In this document: positions 12,217 through 27,220 of the stretch, one piece after another
How the letters are laid out: each line of letters opens with the position of its first letter
How positions within the stretch are numbered: position 1 is the stretch's first letter
Assembly (NCBI GenBank): GCA_951406725.2
Contig: OX597823.1
Span: 32,488,001 to 32,552,000 of the forward strand
From: Octopus vulgaris
Lineage: Eukaryota
DNA: 64,000 nucleotides
Reading direction: 5' to 3'
Notes under the pieces: generated by a model
Databases searched by the model: none
Told to the model about the DNA's origin: nothing
Seen by the model: the letters and a program-made list of their open reading frames with translations, nothing else
Position numbers and translations under genes: made by a program

Positions 12217-13144
12217 GGTCAGGGAAATGTCACTGTTTCTGCTCTGAAAGCCCGATTTGATGCACCATTGTCCAATAAAACTGAAATCAACACAACACGG
12301 AAAGTCGCTGATAGAAATTCTAAGTTCAAACCCCACACTACCACAGATAAAATAACAAACACAACATCAACAACAAAACCTTCTCTCAAAACCTTGGAAT
12401 CTAAGAATGTTTCTACTGTAGACCGGAAGAATGTTTCGACACTTGATCGGAAATCCATTTCAAGTTTAGAGCAGAAATCATTATTGAAACAAGAAGAATC
12501 GGGAAAAAAGTTGTTGAATAATAAAGTTGAGTCGTCCTGTGATACACCTAACAGTAACTCAGTGATAAACGGTGGATCATCTTCGGAGTCAGGATCACGA
12601 TTAAGTATCACAACAAATAAGATAAACATTCCAGCTGCTTTTGCCTGTGAAACTACAAACACAACTTCATCAAAACAACTTCATGCGCGGAAGTCTCCTT
12701 ACCAAACCAGTCGGCAGAACAGCCAGCAGAGCAATCATGAAAATTCCACAGAAAGTCCCCAAACAAAGGTAAATGCTTCCCCTAAACACGTAGTTCTTGA
12801 CAAAGGAATCGCAATGCGTGATCCTGAAGAAATAAAGTCCCTTGGAGGTAGTTTAATTAAGAAGCGTACTGAACTTTTGACACAAGCAATTCATGGAAAC
12901 ACAGGAACTAAAAGTAAAGTGTCAGCGCCGCCAACTCCTGAACGAAGTGATTCCCTCCCAAAAGGCTTTGAATTAAATAACAAAGATGTGATCATAAGAA
13001 AGAGAGACAACAAAAAGTTCCAATTAATCAATAAATCAAAATTACAAACTGTACAAAAATGTCCTTCCAAACCCAGAAAACTGGAATCCAATGAAATAAT
13101 ATTTCTGTTGAGACAATATGAGAAAGCAGTTGAAGAATTAACAA
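12217..13144 (+). CDS. FYB1: FYB-like large exon (GQGNVTVSALKARFDAPLSNK...RQYEKAVEELT), S/T/K/N-rich disordered region
   Basis: Acceptor tttttcttactag|GGT at 12216/12217, in frame with the 306-aa ORF 12268-13188; donor ACAA|gtaagt at 13144/13145 (phase 1). The acceptor TAG is in frame, so the start codon must lie on an upstream exon or far inside this one. Confidence 0.85.
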
Positions 13145-15021
13145 GTAAGTCTGTTTTTTTACTATATTATGTTTCCTTCATCAGCTGACATAGCTGATAT
13201 CCTTCCTCCTCTCTCTCCCACTCCTCTTCTTATCTCCCCACTACCTCATTTCTCTGACTTGTAAGCTTTTTCATATATTCATAGTGAAAAATAAAGTGCA
13301 AATTTGACTGTAGTTACAGGAAAGCAAACGTTACCTCAAAGGATATGGTGCAAGAAATCCAAAGACGAATGCAGACAAATTTCAGCATTATTATGATCTC
13401 ATCAGCAAAGCATAGATTTCACCATACTTTTACGTGTAATAATGAGAGAATCATTGAATAAATATGCAAGATTGTACATTTCTTAGCTTGGAGAATAGAA
13501 ATGCTTAAAAGTTAATTATTCAAGATATACATAACATATGTTACATGACTTCTTATTATTTTACATATACAATATGTAGACAGGAAGTATTCTAAGTTAT
13601 GTTATAAATATTACATAAATGACAAGTAGCCCAGAAATACATTGAAATGTCTCTTCTCTCTTCATAACACCCACCATTCTGTCATAAAATTATTCAGAAG
13701 AATTTCCAGAATGCCATCTGACAGCTTTCTACTTTGGTAACATTATTCCGCTCAAGTACTGAAGCCGTACAATATTTAGTGAATATTTGGGTGGTTCACT
13801 AGTCATAGTTGATAATTTCTGTTACCTAGGTGATTTAATTAGTACCAGTGTGGGAGGGAACTGTTGTGAGAGTTTTGTAGCTAGAATAACGAAAGGGAGG
13901 AAGAAGTTCAGGAAGACATTTCACTGTTGACAACAAAGAGCTTCTTTCTTTGTATGAAAGGCATAGTGTGTGATGTATATCTGAGGAGTATGATGCTATA
14001 TGGTAGTGAGTGAAACAAAAGAACAAAGAATGTGGAACATTAGTCGAGGTCAGAGAGAGAAATTTCAGTAAAATCTCTTAGATTTGTAATGTTAACATAT
14101 TTGAGAGATTGAGGATAAGTTTAATGAGAAGGTGGCCAGATATTAAATCTAAAGTCAGTTGATTAATGAAGTATGTTTAAAAAAGTCTTTGCGGGACATG
14201 GATGTTGAATTTGGATATTCTGTGAAAAACTGGAGAGAAATGTGATGACAGCCTTTTGGTCTTATTGTGTAAATATCCCCCACCCCACCTGCCAGCCTCA
14301 TTCTCCCACAAATCTGTTTAAGCAAGGTAAAATTTCCCTGTGGCCAGACACATTTTTGCAGAATATTGAAAACGGATGACACAGCTTGTATGACAGTGAT
14401 GCTCATTTACAACCACCATGAGATGTCAAAACAAGGGAACACAAACATACACACATTCACTCACTCACACACACACACGCACACACACACACACGCACAC
14501 ACACACACACAGAAGCACAGGAGTGGATGTATGATAAGCTTGCTTTCCAGCCACATGGTTCTAAGTTTAGTCCTGCAGTGTGACACCGTGTGAGTGAATT
14601 TGGTTCACTCAGAAAATGAAAGAAGCCTGTCATACATACATACATACATACATACGTATGTACATATGTACAAAAATGGATGTAAAATAAGTGAAAATAA
14701 ACACACACACACATGCACGCACAAACTCTACAGTATGGATTTACTGTGAATTGTTTGATGGAAAAGAAACTAAGGAGATAGAAATTATGTTATTATTAAG
14801 CAGAAATGTTCTCATTTATATTCAGTTTATAGAAATATATTCCTTGAACAATCTTAGCTTACGTATAGCTTTATTATTTCAATTACCTGGCAGAGTATGA
14901 AAGGGATTTAAAAAAAAAAAGATAAATAATACAAAGAACACAAATTACTGTAAAAAAAATATTGAAAGAAAATTTATGAAATTAAATTTATTCAAAGTAA
15001 AATATCTCTATTATATTATAA

Positions 15022-15063
<42 letters not shown>

Positions 15064-18000
15064 TAGCTTCTTAGTTTATAATATATATTAGAGCTTATTG
15101 CTGATTTATAACATACAATATACAATTGGTATTAGAGTATGACAAATATTAAGGCCTATTGTTGTATTAGAGCCTGTTATTAGAACTAAATATGTTATTA
15201 TTAGAACCATCATCATCATCATTATTACTATCAAACATTGGTTTTTTTTCCATGTTGTCATGAAAATTTTGTCTGCCACTAATTGTGATCTTTCATCATC
15301 TTTTCTATGAAACTCAACATCTAGAGTTTTCATATTTTCTTTGGTCTTCTACTACCACAAATACTCTTCACTGTCAGCACATTACATCATTTTATCACCC
15401 AGCATGCATTGTCCAATCACATCACATGCCCACACCATACTCAACCAATGTAGCCATCTCTCAGACATACACTGCTTGGTACCTTTAAAAGCCAACCACT
15501 CTCTCACCTCACCTCCACATTCATATAAGTCCACGTTATACATGCAACGTCTTATTTACATCATTTCTCTCCAGTCTCCTCAGGTTCTTATACATTCAGT
15601 CAAATAATTTTCTACCAGGATATGATAATTGATTTGATATCATCATCATCATCAGTTAAGGTCCATATTCCATGCTGGTATGGGTAGGATGATTTGACAG
15701 GATCTGACGGATCCAAAGACTGTATGATAGTCTAATATCTGCTTTGGCCATTCCTAAACACCAAACACTTTACAGTATGTACTGAGTGCTTTGTTTCAGT
15801 TGCACCAATGCTTGTGAGATCACTATGAAGCTGTATGGTCAAGAAGTTTATACAAGTACAGCACAACTGTGTGACTAACATGTTTGTTTCCCAACCATGA
15901 GGCTTCAGGTTCAATCCCCCTGCATAGCACCTTGGTGCCCTTTACTATAAATCAAAGCCTTGTGAGTGAATTTGGTAGATGGAACTGGAAGAGGAAGCCT
16001 ATTGTGTGTGTGTATGATTCATTGTTTTGACTTCACTTTGGTTGTTGTAAATGAGCATCACTGTCATACAAGCAGTGTCATTCATTTCCAATATTCCATG
16101 GAAACGTTTGGCTATTGGGGGGAAATATTACCTTGCTTAGAGGCAGATGAAGGTTGGTGACAGTAAGGGTATTTGGCCATAGAATATCTGCCTCAATAAA
16201 CTGTATCTGACCCAAGCAAGCATGGAAAAGTGGACATTAAATTGATGACAACGACAGTGATGATAAATGACCTATGCCATACCATATAAAGCTGGAAATA
16301 TTAATCTTAAAACCATCTATGAAGCTGAATATGTAGCTTTCAAACTGAAAATTTTTACAGATTAGTCTATTTCTAGAAAAACCTGATTCAGTATAAAGAA
16401 AACTAAAATAGTTTTCCACAGAAACCAGAATAATCCAATACTTTGTACAACACCAGAACTGAACAAGAAAAATAATAATTCCATCGGAAAATATAAAATA
16501 ACTTTAAAATGCCCATATTCGGAATAGCAGCATCTAGATTATTGAATAGCAGGAATTTCTGATATGCTGCACATGTATGGTCTTTTAATGAGAATATCTT
16601 TAAAATCGATTGTTAATTACTGCTTTCTCTTATAAAAAGGGTGGCAGTAAGGGGTGGGGTGCGAGCTGGCAGATACATTAGCATGCCGGGCAAAATGCTT
16701 AGTGATATTTCATCTGCCGTTCAAATTCTGCCAAGGTCGGAATTCATCTCTTTCGGGGTCAATAAATTAAGTACCAGTTACACACTGGGGTTGATGTAGT
16801 CGACTTAATCCGTTTGTCTGTCCTTGTTTGTCCCCTCTATGTTTAGCCTCTTGTGGGTAGTAAAGAAATGAGTAAAGGGGGGCGGGTGATAGTGGTGGTG
16901 GCAGCATTGTTGTTGTTGTAGTTGTTTAGCCCTAGGTCATCTGTGATAGAGCACACTCGTTTATGGTCAAAGACATACTACACGGTCTTTTTTATATCCA
17001 GAACTACACTGTCCACTGTATCTTTGTTTTTAAGGCAGTCTTGTGTACTTTGAGGACAATTCAGTTGCTATTTATAACAGATCCAGTGACCACATAGAGG
17101 TTCCCTTGTTAGTTTACTCTTTTATTCTTTTACTTGTTTCAGTCATTTGATTGTGGCCATGCTGGAGCACCGCCTTTAGTCGAGCAAATCGACCCCAGAA
17201 CTTATTCTTTGTAAGCCTAGTACTTATTCTATCAGCCTCTTTTTGCCAAACTGCTAAGTTATGGAGACGTAAACACACCACCATCGGTTGTCAAGCAACA
17301 TATACACACACATACACATATATATATACATATATACGACGGGCTTCTTTCAGTTTCCATCTACCACATCCACTGACAAGGCTTTAACCAGCTCGAGGAT
17401 ATAGTAGAAAACACTTGCCCAAGGTACCACACAATGGGAATGAACCTGGAACCATGTGGTTGGTAAGCAAGCTACTTACCACACAGCCACTCCTGCGCCT
17501 ATGTTTATTATTTACTGACTTTGTTCCTAGATTTAATCTCTATAGTAAGAGACCCATAAAGACATGATACATTATATGTCACCTTGTTTCCAGCCATTAC
17601 ACCCCAGTATTTTATCAACCATTAATATCCAATAACCTACTTCTGTCTATTTACAAATAGAGAAACATGAATCAGTTATGCTTTATGGGTTCACAGGTCA
17701 TTCCCCGAGTAAGACCTGTGGAACTATGGACATAGGAGTAGATGAAAAGCCATCAAGAACAGTGCAGAGGCTGCCGAGAAAGCCTCTGGACAGCTCCAAT
17801 TGAAAAGAGGTGATTGTTGGTGTTAGCAGAATGCTGCTTGAGCTGAGGCATCTCTTTAGGTTGAGGCCCTTGAGAGAATGTGTATGTTGTAAGACCCCAA
17901 ACACTCAGAAATTTCAGGATACAACACTTATGATGTAGCTATTGATGTAGGTTGAACTTACTTCTATCTATGTATTTACTAAAAGAGAAACCTCAATCAG

Positions 18001-19230
18001 GAATACTTTATGGTTTGGAAGTTGAGTGTTCTTAGTTGTTCCTTGAGTAAGGCCTATGAAACCTTGGGTGTTACAGGAATGAGCAGAAGGACAGCTACCA
18101 ATAACAGTGTAGTGGCTACTGAGAAAGCATCTAGATGGCTGTGGTTAGAAAGAGTTGACTGGTGCTATCAGTAGAATGCTGCTTGGACACAGGCCTTCGC
18201 TTGATAACCCTAGGTTCGATTGCCTGAACAAAGGTGTATGTTTTGAGAACCAATACACCCAGTAACCCCAAGATACAATACTGACAATGTGCCTAAGTAT
18301 TACATCTCTAGCTGTATGAAGAACTAACTTCTTTCTATCTATTTACTAAAAGAGAAACATGAATTAAGAATATTTTATGGTTTGGAAGTTAACATGAAAC
18401 AACTATAAATTATAAAACTCGAAGTTCAAAAAGTCGAAAATGTAAAAAAATAAAATATCTGCAAAGAAAGAAAGGAAGAAGAATTGGGTTTGAAATGCTT
18501 ATTTTAAAAGAACAAGACAATTCTTATTGATAATTTATATTCAACTTTGAAATATCTTTTTTTCCTTTCAGAATCTAATGATACATCACAGGGGCAAGAG
18601 CGTTGTTCTCTAATGTAAGTCAACAATCTTTTAAGTTTAATTCCTTCAGTTTCTAGTTAACCATTAATGGAATGTATTTTCAATGTATTGATTATTTGAT
18701 AAAACTAGTTCTTTATTCAACTTGCTTCTATAGTCTTTTCTTATTTTTGATTTTTCAAAGTGAAATCTTTGCCAAAATTCAAACTCCATTTGTTTTGTAC
18801 AATAAATGATAACTCTCCTATATCTGCATTTTCTTTCAACTCTACATTTCAGTTGCTATGTTCTTCGATTTTCTTCAGATCGTCATCATTGTCGTCATCA
18901 TCATTATTTATTTATTTATTAATTTACATATGTACATTTTATCTGACATTCAAATGAACCCTTCAACATATTGCCTGACAAAGACTTTCATTGTTGTTAT
19001 TCACCTAGCATATCAGTGTTCTTATGGGCAAGAACACAATTTTTCCAGACTGTCTATCTCATCTTTAGAGTGTGTATTTACAATATTTATATATATTTAC
19101 AACTTATATATTTACCGGAGTAAATACATAAATGTGAAACAAGATGGAAAAAAGAGTACTCAAATACCAGGGGTAGAGTAATATGCTTTATTTAAAAGGT
19201 TTTGTTGAATTTCTGCTGCTTTTAAATAAA

Positions 19231-19273
<43 letters not shown>

Positions 19274-20017
19274 TGCAAGCATGGCTATGTGGTAAGAAGT
19301 TTGCTTCTCAACCACATGGTCCCAGGTTCAATCCACAGCATGGTATCTTGGGTAAGTGTCTTCTACTATAGCCTCAGGCTGACCAAAGCCTTATGAGTAA
19401 CTGTGTGTGTGTATGTAGAATATGAGGGGTTTAGTTCACTGATGATCTAAACCAAGAGGTCATTGGTTAAGTGCTATAATTGGTCATCCATTAGTTTCCA
19501 AGTTCACAGCTGAGGCTGGAGATAGGGATCCATTGTAGGGTTCTGAGTCAGCAGGAATGCTTTAACCCTTTCATTACCGTATTTCTGTTGAGTTGCTCTG
19601 TGTTTCTTTCAATTACTTCTAATATAACAAATAATTTAGTAAAATAACTTAGTTATTCAGCTAGTCTAAGGAACATAAATTGTGACTAAGGTTTGGTGGA
19701 AGATTTTAATTCAAAACTTATGGAAACAAAACATTTGTACTACAGAGCCAGAGATGGTTTCAGCCGGGTTTGTAACGAAAGGGTTAAAGGGAAAGGAAAA
19801 TAAAACCAAGGCAAGACGAGTCTCTCAGATCATTTAGAATATTTAATTTAGAGTAAGGTGAATCAAAACTGGAGCAGTAATTAATGTGTTACAGCTGTTT
19901 CTGAGATATCTCAGAAGCAGGTGTATGACATTAATTACTTCTATTTCTCAAGTTTTGATTCTCCTTCCACTAATTAAATATTCTAAATGACCTGAGATAC
20001 TCATCCTGTCTTGTCTT

Positions 20018-20053
<36 letters not shown>

Positions 20054-20112
20054 TTATATGTATGTATATATATATGTGTGTGTGTATATATATATATATA
20101 TACACACACACA

Positions 20113-20154
<42 letters not shown>

Positions 20155-20180
20155 CACACACACACACACACACATACACT

Positions 20181-20236
<56 letters not shown>

Positions 20237-21140
20237 ATCAAAATAAGCAACAAGTATATCCGAGGTTGCTTATTTTGATTATAATCACCCCATGGATTTA
20301 TATGGATAATACCATACAAAATTCTGGTGCCTTTGACTTAAGTACCATATTCATCTGAATCTAAATTTTGCTGAACTTTTGCATATATATATATATATAT
20401 ATAGTCGCCAGGCACAATGTTCTTATTAAAGAGATTCACTTTTTTTTCCTTAGTCAATAATGTACTTTCTTTTGATAATCAGTACTTAAAAGTTACAAGT
20501 AACATCTTTTATATCAAATAACTGTGATAGAATATTAAAAATAAAATCCTTTTTTTCAACCACCGATGGGGCATGCATTTTTCTGGAAAGCTATAGTGGG
20601 GACCTGGGGGAATATAGGTCAGGAAACACTGGTCTAAATCCAGCATGAATAAGTTGCATAACAACAATCGGGGATGAAATGAAAGAGAGGAGGGAGTTAG
20701 TTGATACCTATTTCTTTACTACCCACAAGGGGCTAAACACAGAGGGGACAAACAAGGACAGACAAACAGATTAAGTCGATTACATCAACCCCAGTGCGTA
20801 ACTGGTACTTAATTTATCGACCCCGAAAGGATCAAAGGCAGACGAAGTACCGCTAGGCATTTTGCCCGGCATGCTAACGTGTCTACCAGCTCACCACCTT
20901 ACAGTTTCTGTCTACCAAATCCACTAACAAAGGTAACATGCTGTGGGACTGAACCTGGAACCATGTAGTTTAGAAGCAAGCTTCTTACCACATAGTATGC
21001 ATTATCTGGAAATAATTTGGAGTATTTAGTATAACACTTAAGGTAAAAACTACAGGAATTGAAAGATTGGGGTTTCAGCCTTGTTTTGTCTCATCAGCTT
21101 CAATATGAGTAGAAACATACATGTTCTATCTGTCTGTCTG

Positions 21141-21174
<34 letters not shown>

Positions 21175-24100
21175 ATTAAGGATGTTTATATATTGGTCAG
21201 TATCTGCAAGTGAATCCTTAATCAAATGTGATGTCCGAATTTTTTTTATTCAGTCCTGACATGACAGAAGAAGAAGAAGAAATAGAAGACTCTACTTCAT
21301 CACAAAGCAGTAGCACTACCGGTTACCGACCAATACCCCCTCCTCCTCGAAAACCCGGTAAGTTACATTTTGTTCAATATGGGAAGCAATGAATCATTTT
21401 TAGAATGTGTATTATCCATTACAAAAATTCATACTGAACTTTACACTTTAGTACAGATGTTAAATTCTTTAATATTGTTGCTGCCATTGTTTTGCTAATA
21501 TTGGTAACATTGCATTTAGTTTACATGCTGATTAAGGCTATTTAAGATGGCTGCAAGTTCAGTGTCACAGCTTGGTTATTCAGTTGAATAAAGCTTCTGA
21601 ATTTAGAGGATTGCATGCTGCTGCGGCTTTGTATTGATAAACATTGCATGATTTGACAATGGTGTAGTCACTGAATAATGAACTTCCACTAAATGACCAG
21701 GATATTAGAGAGGCTTGGCTGTGATGGCTGATATTAAAGAGGCTTGGTTATGATGCAAGATATCAGAGAGGCTTGGCTGTCATTCTTTGTTTCCACAGCT
21801 TGAACAATAAATAATGCTTCTGGGTACTGGTGAAAAACAAAACAAAACAAAAAACTGTTTATTTTATAGTAAATACAATGGCCATACAAAATTGTTAAAC
21901 TTCATAAATTTGGAGAAATGGATTTTAGTAATGTAAGATCTCCAATAATATCCTCAGTTTATCCTGCCAAAAAACTGGAAAATTGTTGGAGTCAGATTCT
22001 TATCTGGACATCAAAATCTGACTGAAACCCTTCAAACTTATTATCAGAGATGATGTGAATCAGCTTGTGTTTTGTGAATTGGGACAAAATGGAATTCAAG
22101 GGAAAAATACAGAAGATGAAGTGATTCAAATGAGCCTCATAGATGTAGAGCAATCATCTGAACATTGTATAAAAGCATTTAAATATCTTCTGTCAGGTTC
22201 TTGGAGGCTTAATGTCTATATTGAATCCATTCAGGAGTTTCATATGATTTCTAAATTTCAGATGACTTACATGATTGTATAAAATAAGCATCAGTATGTA
22301 TAACATTTATAGCAAATGTGGAATGGCATTAGCCATGATATTTTGTCTCAGAGAAACTTTTCTAAGAGACTTGTATGTTAAAAGACATACATTCTGAACA
22401 AGGCTTTGTTCAGAATAACAGTGGGTTGCAGTATTTTAATCCACTGCTATTTCAAGTGTGTGTATTAATATAAAATAAGCCTAACCTTAATGATATGACT
22501 GAGTCATTTGGTGAGAGAAGCAAGTATATATCTGGTTCTATATGTTGCTTTTCTAGATATAAACATGCATTGTCAAAATGTTCTGCATTTGATAAAATGT
22601 GTTGCAAGGGTAAAAATAAATGATCTTTCATACTATATATGAAATCCAATATCAACATTAAGATGCAAGTTGACACTGACAGTCAGATAATTGTGATACC
22701 TCAGATCTTCTTGATTGATTTGAATAAATTGAAATTAAGGAAGTGTGATGCCAAACTAAAGTAGTTTCATAGGTCACTCATTGCAGTTTCAGATAAGTTT
22801 GACACATTAATTGAAATATCTTATGAGAGAATAGAATTTTTGAGTGTCGTTGTGACTGAATGTGGAAAAATAGTTAGTAGGATGTAGTAAGTGTTGATAT
22901 ACCAGTATCAGTTGCTGGCATTGAAGCTAACATTCTTCTCAAAGGAAATATCAGGCCATGTTATTTTGAACTAAGATCATTAACAATCCACTTTAACATT
23001 AATAATAATGAAGCTGAGGAAACTAATTAGTGAAGGTCTTTTTAGAAGTTCCTAATGAGGAGGTGAATAAATGGACTTCTACATCAAAGGTTGTTGTGTA
23101 AAGCAGATGGAAATCTCGGAATATGTTATTCTGAAGTGAGATTACCAATCTACATCAAACCATTAGTTGTAATGAAGCTGAGAAAACTAATTAAAAAGGG
23201 TATTTTATGAACAGTTCATCCTTATGGGAGTAAACTGGCCTCTCTTTTAGTGGTTGTGTGGAAGGTAGATGGAAATCTCAGAATATGTGGAGACTATAAC
23301 ATAGGTGTAAATGACAGAATTTGTTCAAATTCTTATTATCTAACTTCAAAAATTGAAATGGCATTTCATTCTCATGTAATATTTTGCTAATTTTAAAATG
23401 GTATATATAATTTTTGGTAAGGAATTAAACCAATCAACCCAATATTTTGATGAGAATCTGAACATATTGTTAAAAATGACATCATCATCATTTAGCATCC
23501 ATGATCCATGCTGGCATGGGTTGGGCGGTTTGAACAGGGCTGGCAAGCTGGGGGCTGCATCAGACTTCAGTCTGATTTGGCATGGGTTCTATGACTGGAT
23601 GCCCTTCCTAATGCCAACCACTTCAAGAGTGTAATGGGTGCTTTTACATGTCACTGGTATGGGTGCCATTTGCATGACACCAGTATCTGCCATGACTGTG
23701 ATTTTACTAGACTTGACGGGTCTTCTCAAGAACATCATATTGCAAAAGGTCTCAGTCATTTGTCATTGCCTCCATGAGGCCCAGCGCTCAAAAGGTGCTC
23801 TTTATGTGCCACCGGCACAGGTGCTAGTATGCAACACTGGCATCAGCCACATTGCCTCCGTGAGAATATCATTTATTGGTATGATGTAGACATTAGTGGG
23901 GAAGCTGTTGAAAGTTCACATTACAAAGTAGATAAGAGCATAAAAGGGTTGAAATTATCAAGCTTTATTATTAATTATGAATGTGAATGAATCTGAAATT
24001 ACTTCATACAGTGTAGACATGACTTCAAGAAATTAAAGCATGAATATATTTGGATATAGCTGATACTTGTTGAGGCATACTCTTAATAGCCAAGAGCAAT

Positions 24101-26681
24101 TACAGTTAATAATAAAGAAAGCAGAAACAGTTAGGCTAGTATCCAGAACAGGAATGGCTTGTGAAAGCTTTGTATGCCATGTACATAGATGCCATCTTGT
24201 AAAGTGAGAATTAGCAAAGGGTTCAACGAAGAATCCAGCATGTGGGTAGGTGTCCATTAGGGCTCAATTCTGAGTTCCTTCTTATTCTTCAGATGACAAG
24301 AGAATAGTTTAAAACTTTAAGACTGGCTGTTCATGGAAAGCTCTGTATGCTGGTGGTTTAATTTTCTCAGTTGTTGAAGAATCAAGGAAGAATTTCCACT
24401 TATGAAAGCAAAACCTGATGTCTTCAAGTAAATCTGTCAAAGGCAAAAAGTTTTAGTTAACAGGAAAAAAAACAGAACTCTACTACCACCTGGAAAGGGA
24501 CCATGTTTGATATGTAGAAAAGGAATAGGGTGGAATACCATATGGGTGCACAGCAAATGTAGTGGGATCAAAAACATGCTGGCAGTGTAGAAGGACTTTG
24601 TAAATAGCAAATCAGATGCACAGGAATAATTAACAATAAATGCTTGAAGGGTTCTTTAGAAGAACTTGATAGCTTCTGTTACCTAGGTGGGGGACCTAAT
24701 TAGTAGTGGAAGAGGATATTTTGAAAGTATAGGGAACCAGAATGGGGTGAGAATAGTTCTTTGAGTTTTTATTTCTGCTGACACTAAAGAAAATCTCTCT
24801 CCAAGTGAACACAGATATATTTGTGTATGAAGTGTAATGTTGATAAACATGGTATTGATTGTAAATGTTATGCAAAGGCTAGAAAGAAATGATGCAAGCA
24901 TGCTCCACTGAATATGAAATGTTAGTGTGCACGAATGGCTGAGCAGAAACAAGCCAAGAGAAAAACTGTTTATAACAAGAATCAGTCATGGTGTGCAAGA
25001 GAGAGAATATTAAATCAGTGTGATGTCTGGTGGTTGGATAAAAGAAGGGCCAAACCATTCAAGTGGAAGGAAGCTGTGGAAAAGGAAAACTAAAGAGAAG
25101 ACATAGGAAGAAGTGGTGGATGCTCATCTCAAGATACTGAACCTCATAAAGGAGGTCACAAATGACTGCATTAAAAGGACAAGACATTGCTGTTGCAACA
25201 GAGGTGTTAGTGGTGGCAGCAACTGTTGTTGTTGTTGCTGTTGCTGCTGTTATTTTGGTTCTCTATTTAAAATATTAGATATTTCATATTCATGCAACAA
25301 GCTAACATACCCAGTTTTTACTTGTCTCATATATCAAACCATCGTTGTGCATTCTCTTACAAACCCAGACAATATTATATCATATTCAGCCTTGCCGTGA
25401 ACATTTTCTCAGTCTTTTATGTGAGATAAAGAATACCTGTCATTTAAGCTCATACATCCCTCTAGCCATCCAACACCCCTGAACATGGATCATTCTTGCT
25501 GTATCAATTGTTAGAAATAATAGCGCCATGCAGTATATCGTTAGCCAGCTGCTTAATTAATATGATTATGGACTATGTTGAATGCAACTACCATCTCTGC
25601 AATTATTTCTTCCACAAACTAAATCCTGCTGATAAAGAACATATGTGATGATCATGACTGGAACTCCCCACCTCCTTGATTATAATTCTTCTCTGTCAGC
25701 ATTGACTAGTTGCTAAACAACATCAACACACACACACACACACACACACACTTCCACTCATTCATCTTCATTCTCTCTCTCACACACGCAAATATACACA
25801 TTCACACATCTGCCATATCTTATGACTTTACTGCATGATAAATCAGTTATAAGTAATTAAATAGTAAATTAATTAATCTGTTCATTAATTAATTTATTCC
25901 AGTTGCTAGTTCTACCAGTTCTGACCAGACATATGATGATATTGGGAATACGGTAAGTAGTGTGTGTGTGTGAATATGTGTGCGCACATGTAAATATATG
26001 TATGTATGGCGGTGGTAGTAGTGGTGGTGGTAAGAAAGATTAAGTTGGAAATTTTGAATATCAATCTCTTTTTCATTATGTACATTATTTACATTTGATG
26101 GATATTTGTCCTCATCTTGTTTGTTGTTAACACAACGTTTCGGCTGATATATCCTCCAGCCTTCATCCAGTGTCTTGGGGAAATTTCAAACCACCACCAC
26201 CACCACCACCATCATTCAGGTCACTGCCTGGAATCGAACTCGGAATCTTGGGGTTAGTAGCCCACACTCTTAACCACTACGCCATATGCCCATGGGCAAG
26301 TGTAAAAATAATGTACATAGTTCCTCATCTCTTAAATATAGAACTGTACAATCTCTTTTTGTCTGTCTGTTTGTCTGTCTCTCTCATGTGTGTGTTTGTA
26401 ATACAAACAAACAAAAAAAATGAATTTTGCAACTTGGCAATAAACCCTTAAATAAGATATAAATACATATTACAGTAGTTAATTGGCAGGGATGGGGAAT
26501 GTCACTCTAAATATTGGTTGATATTTCTGGAGACTCTGATGCAAACCAAACAATAATGAGTTATTCTGGTAACAATCCAAAATGTCTCCGGTTCTTAATA
26601 TTGTTGAGAGGTTTCTCACTGAGTTTCCACAACTCTTCACAATCTCCACTGTTGGTAAAAGGCACGTGTGAAACTGCAGGA

Positions 26682-26716
<35 letters not shown>

Positions 26717-26768
26717 GCCTTCTTCTTAATCAAAATGGCAAATTGAGGTGACATATCACAGCAAGAGA

Positions 26769-26799
<31 letters not shown>

Positions 26800-26925
26800 A
26801 TTTGTGTGTATGTGGTTATACATAAGAAGGTGTAGAATATCTGGCAATCTGACAACAAACAAACCTTTAACTGCACCAGATGCACTGCAGTAGCTGACAA
26901 TGTGAACTACTTGGATGTGTGTGTA

Positions 26926-26969
<44 letters not shown>

Positions 26970-27151
26970 TACACACACCTTGGTGATATAATTAGTACAG
27001 GAAGTGGAGCTAATGATAGCTGAACAACTTATCTCAGAGCGATGAGAATATGAAGTTTAGAGACTTGCTATTTCTGAAACAAATATTTTCTATGTACCTC
27101 GTCTCTGTCTCTCTCCTTTTCTAGCCCTTTGTCCTCTATGTTCTCTCTGTC

Positions 27152-27220
<69 letters not shown>

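Noticed and set aside
12219-13091. Minus-strand ORFs of 147 aa and 66 aa
   Set aside because: Antisense shadows of the large FYB-like exon.
13371-13412. Minus-strand CTGATGA...GAAAT-TT-GTC hammerhead-like string
   Set aside because: Stems I-III pair poorly; compatible with chance or extreme decay.
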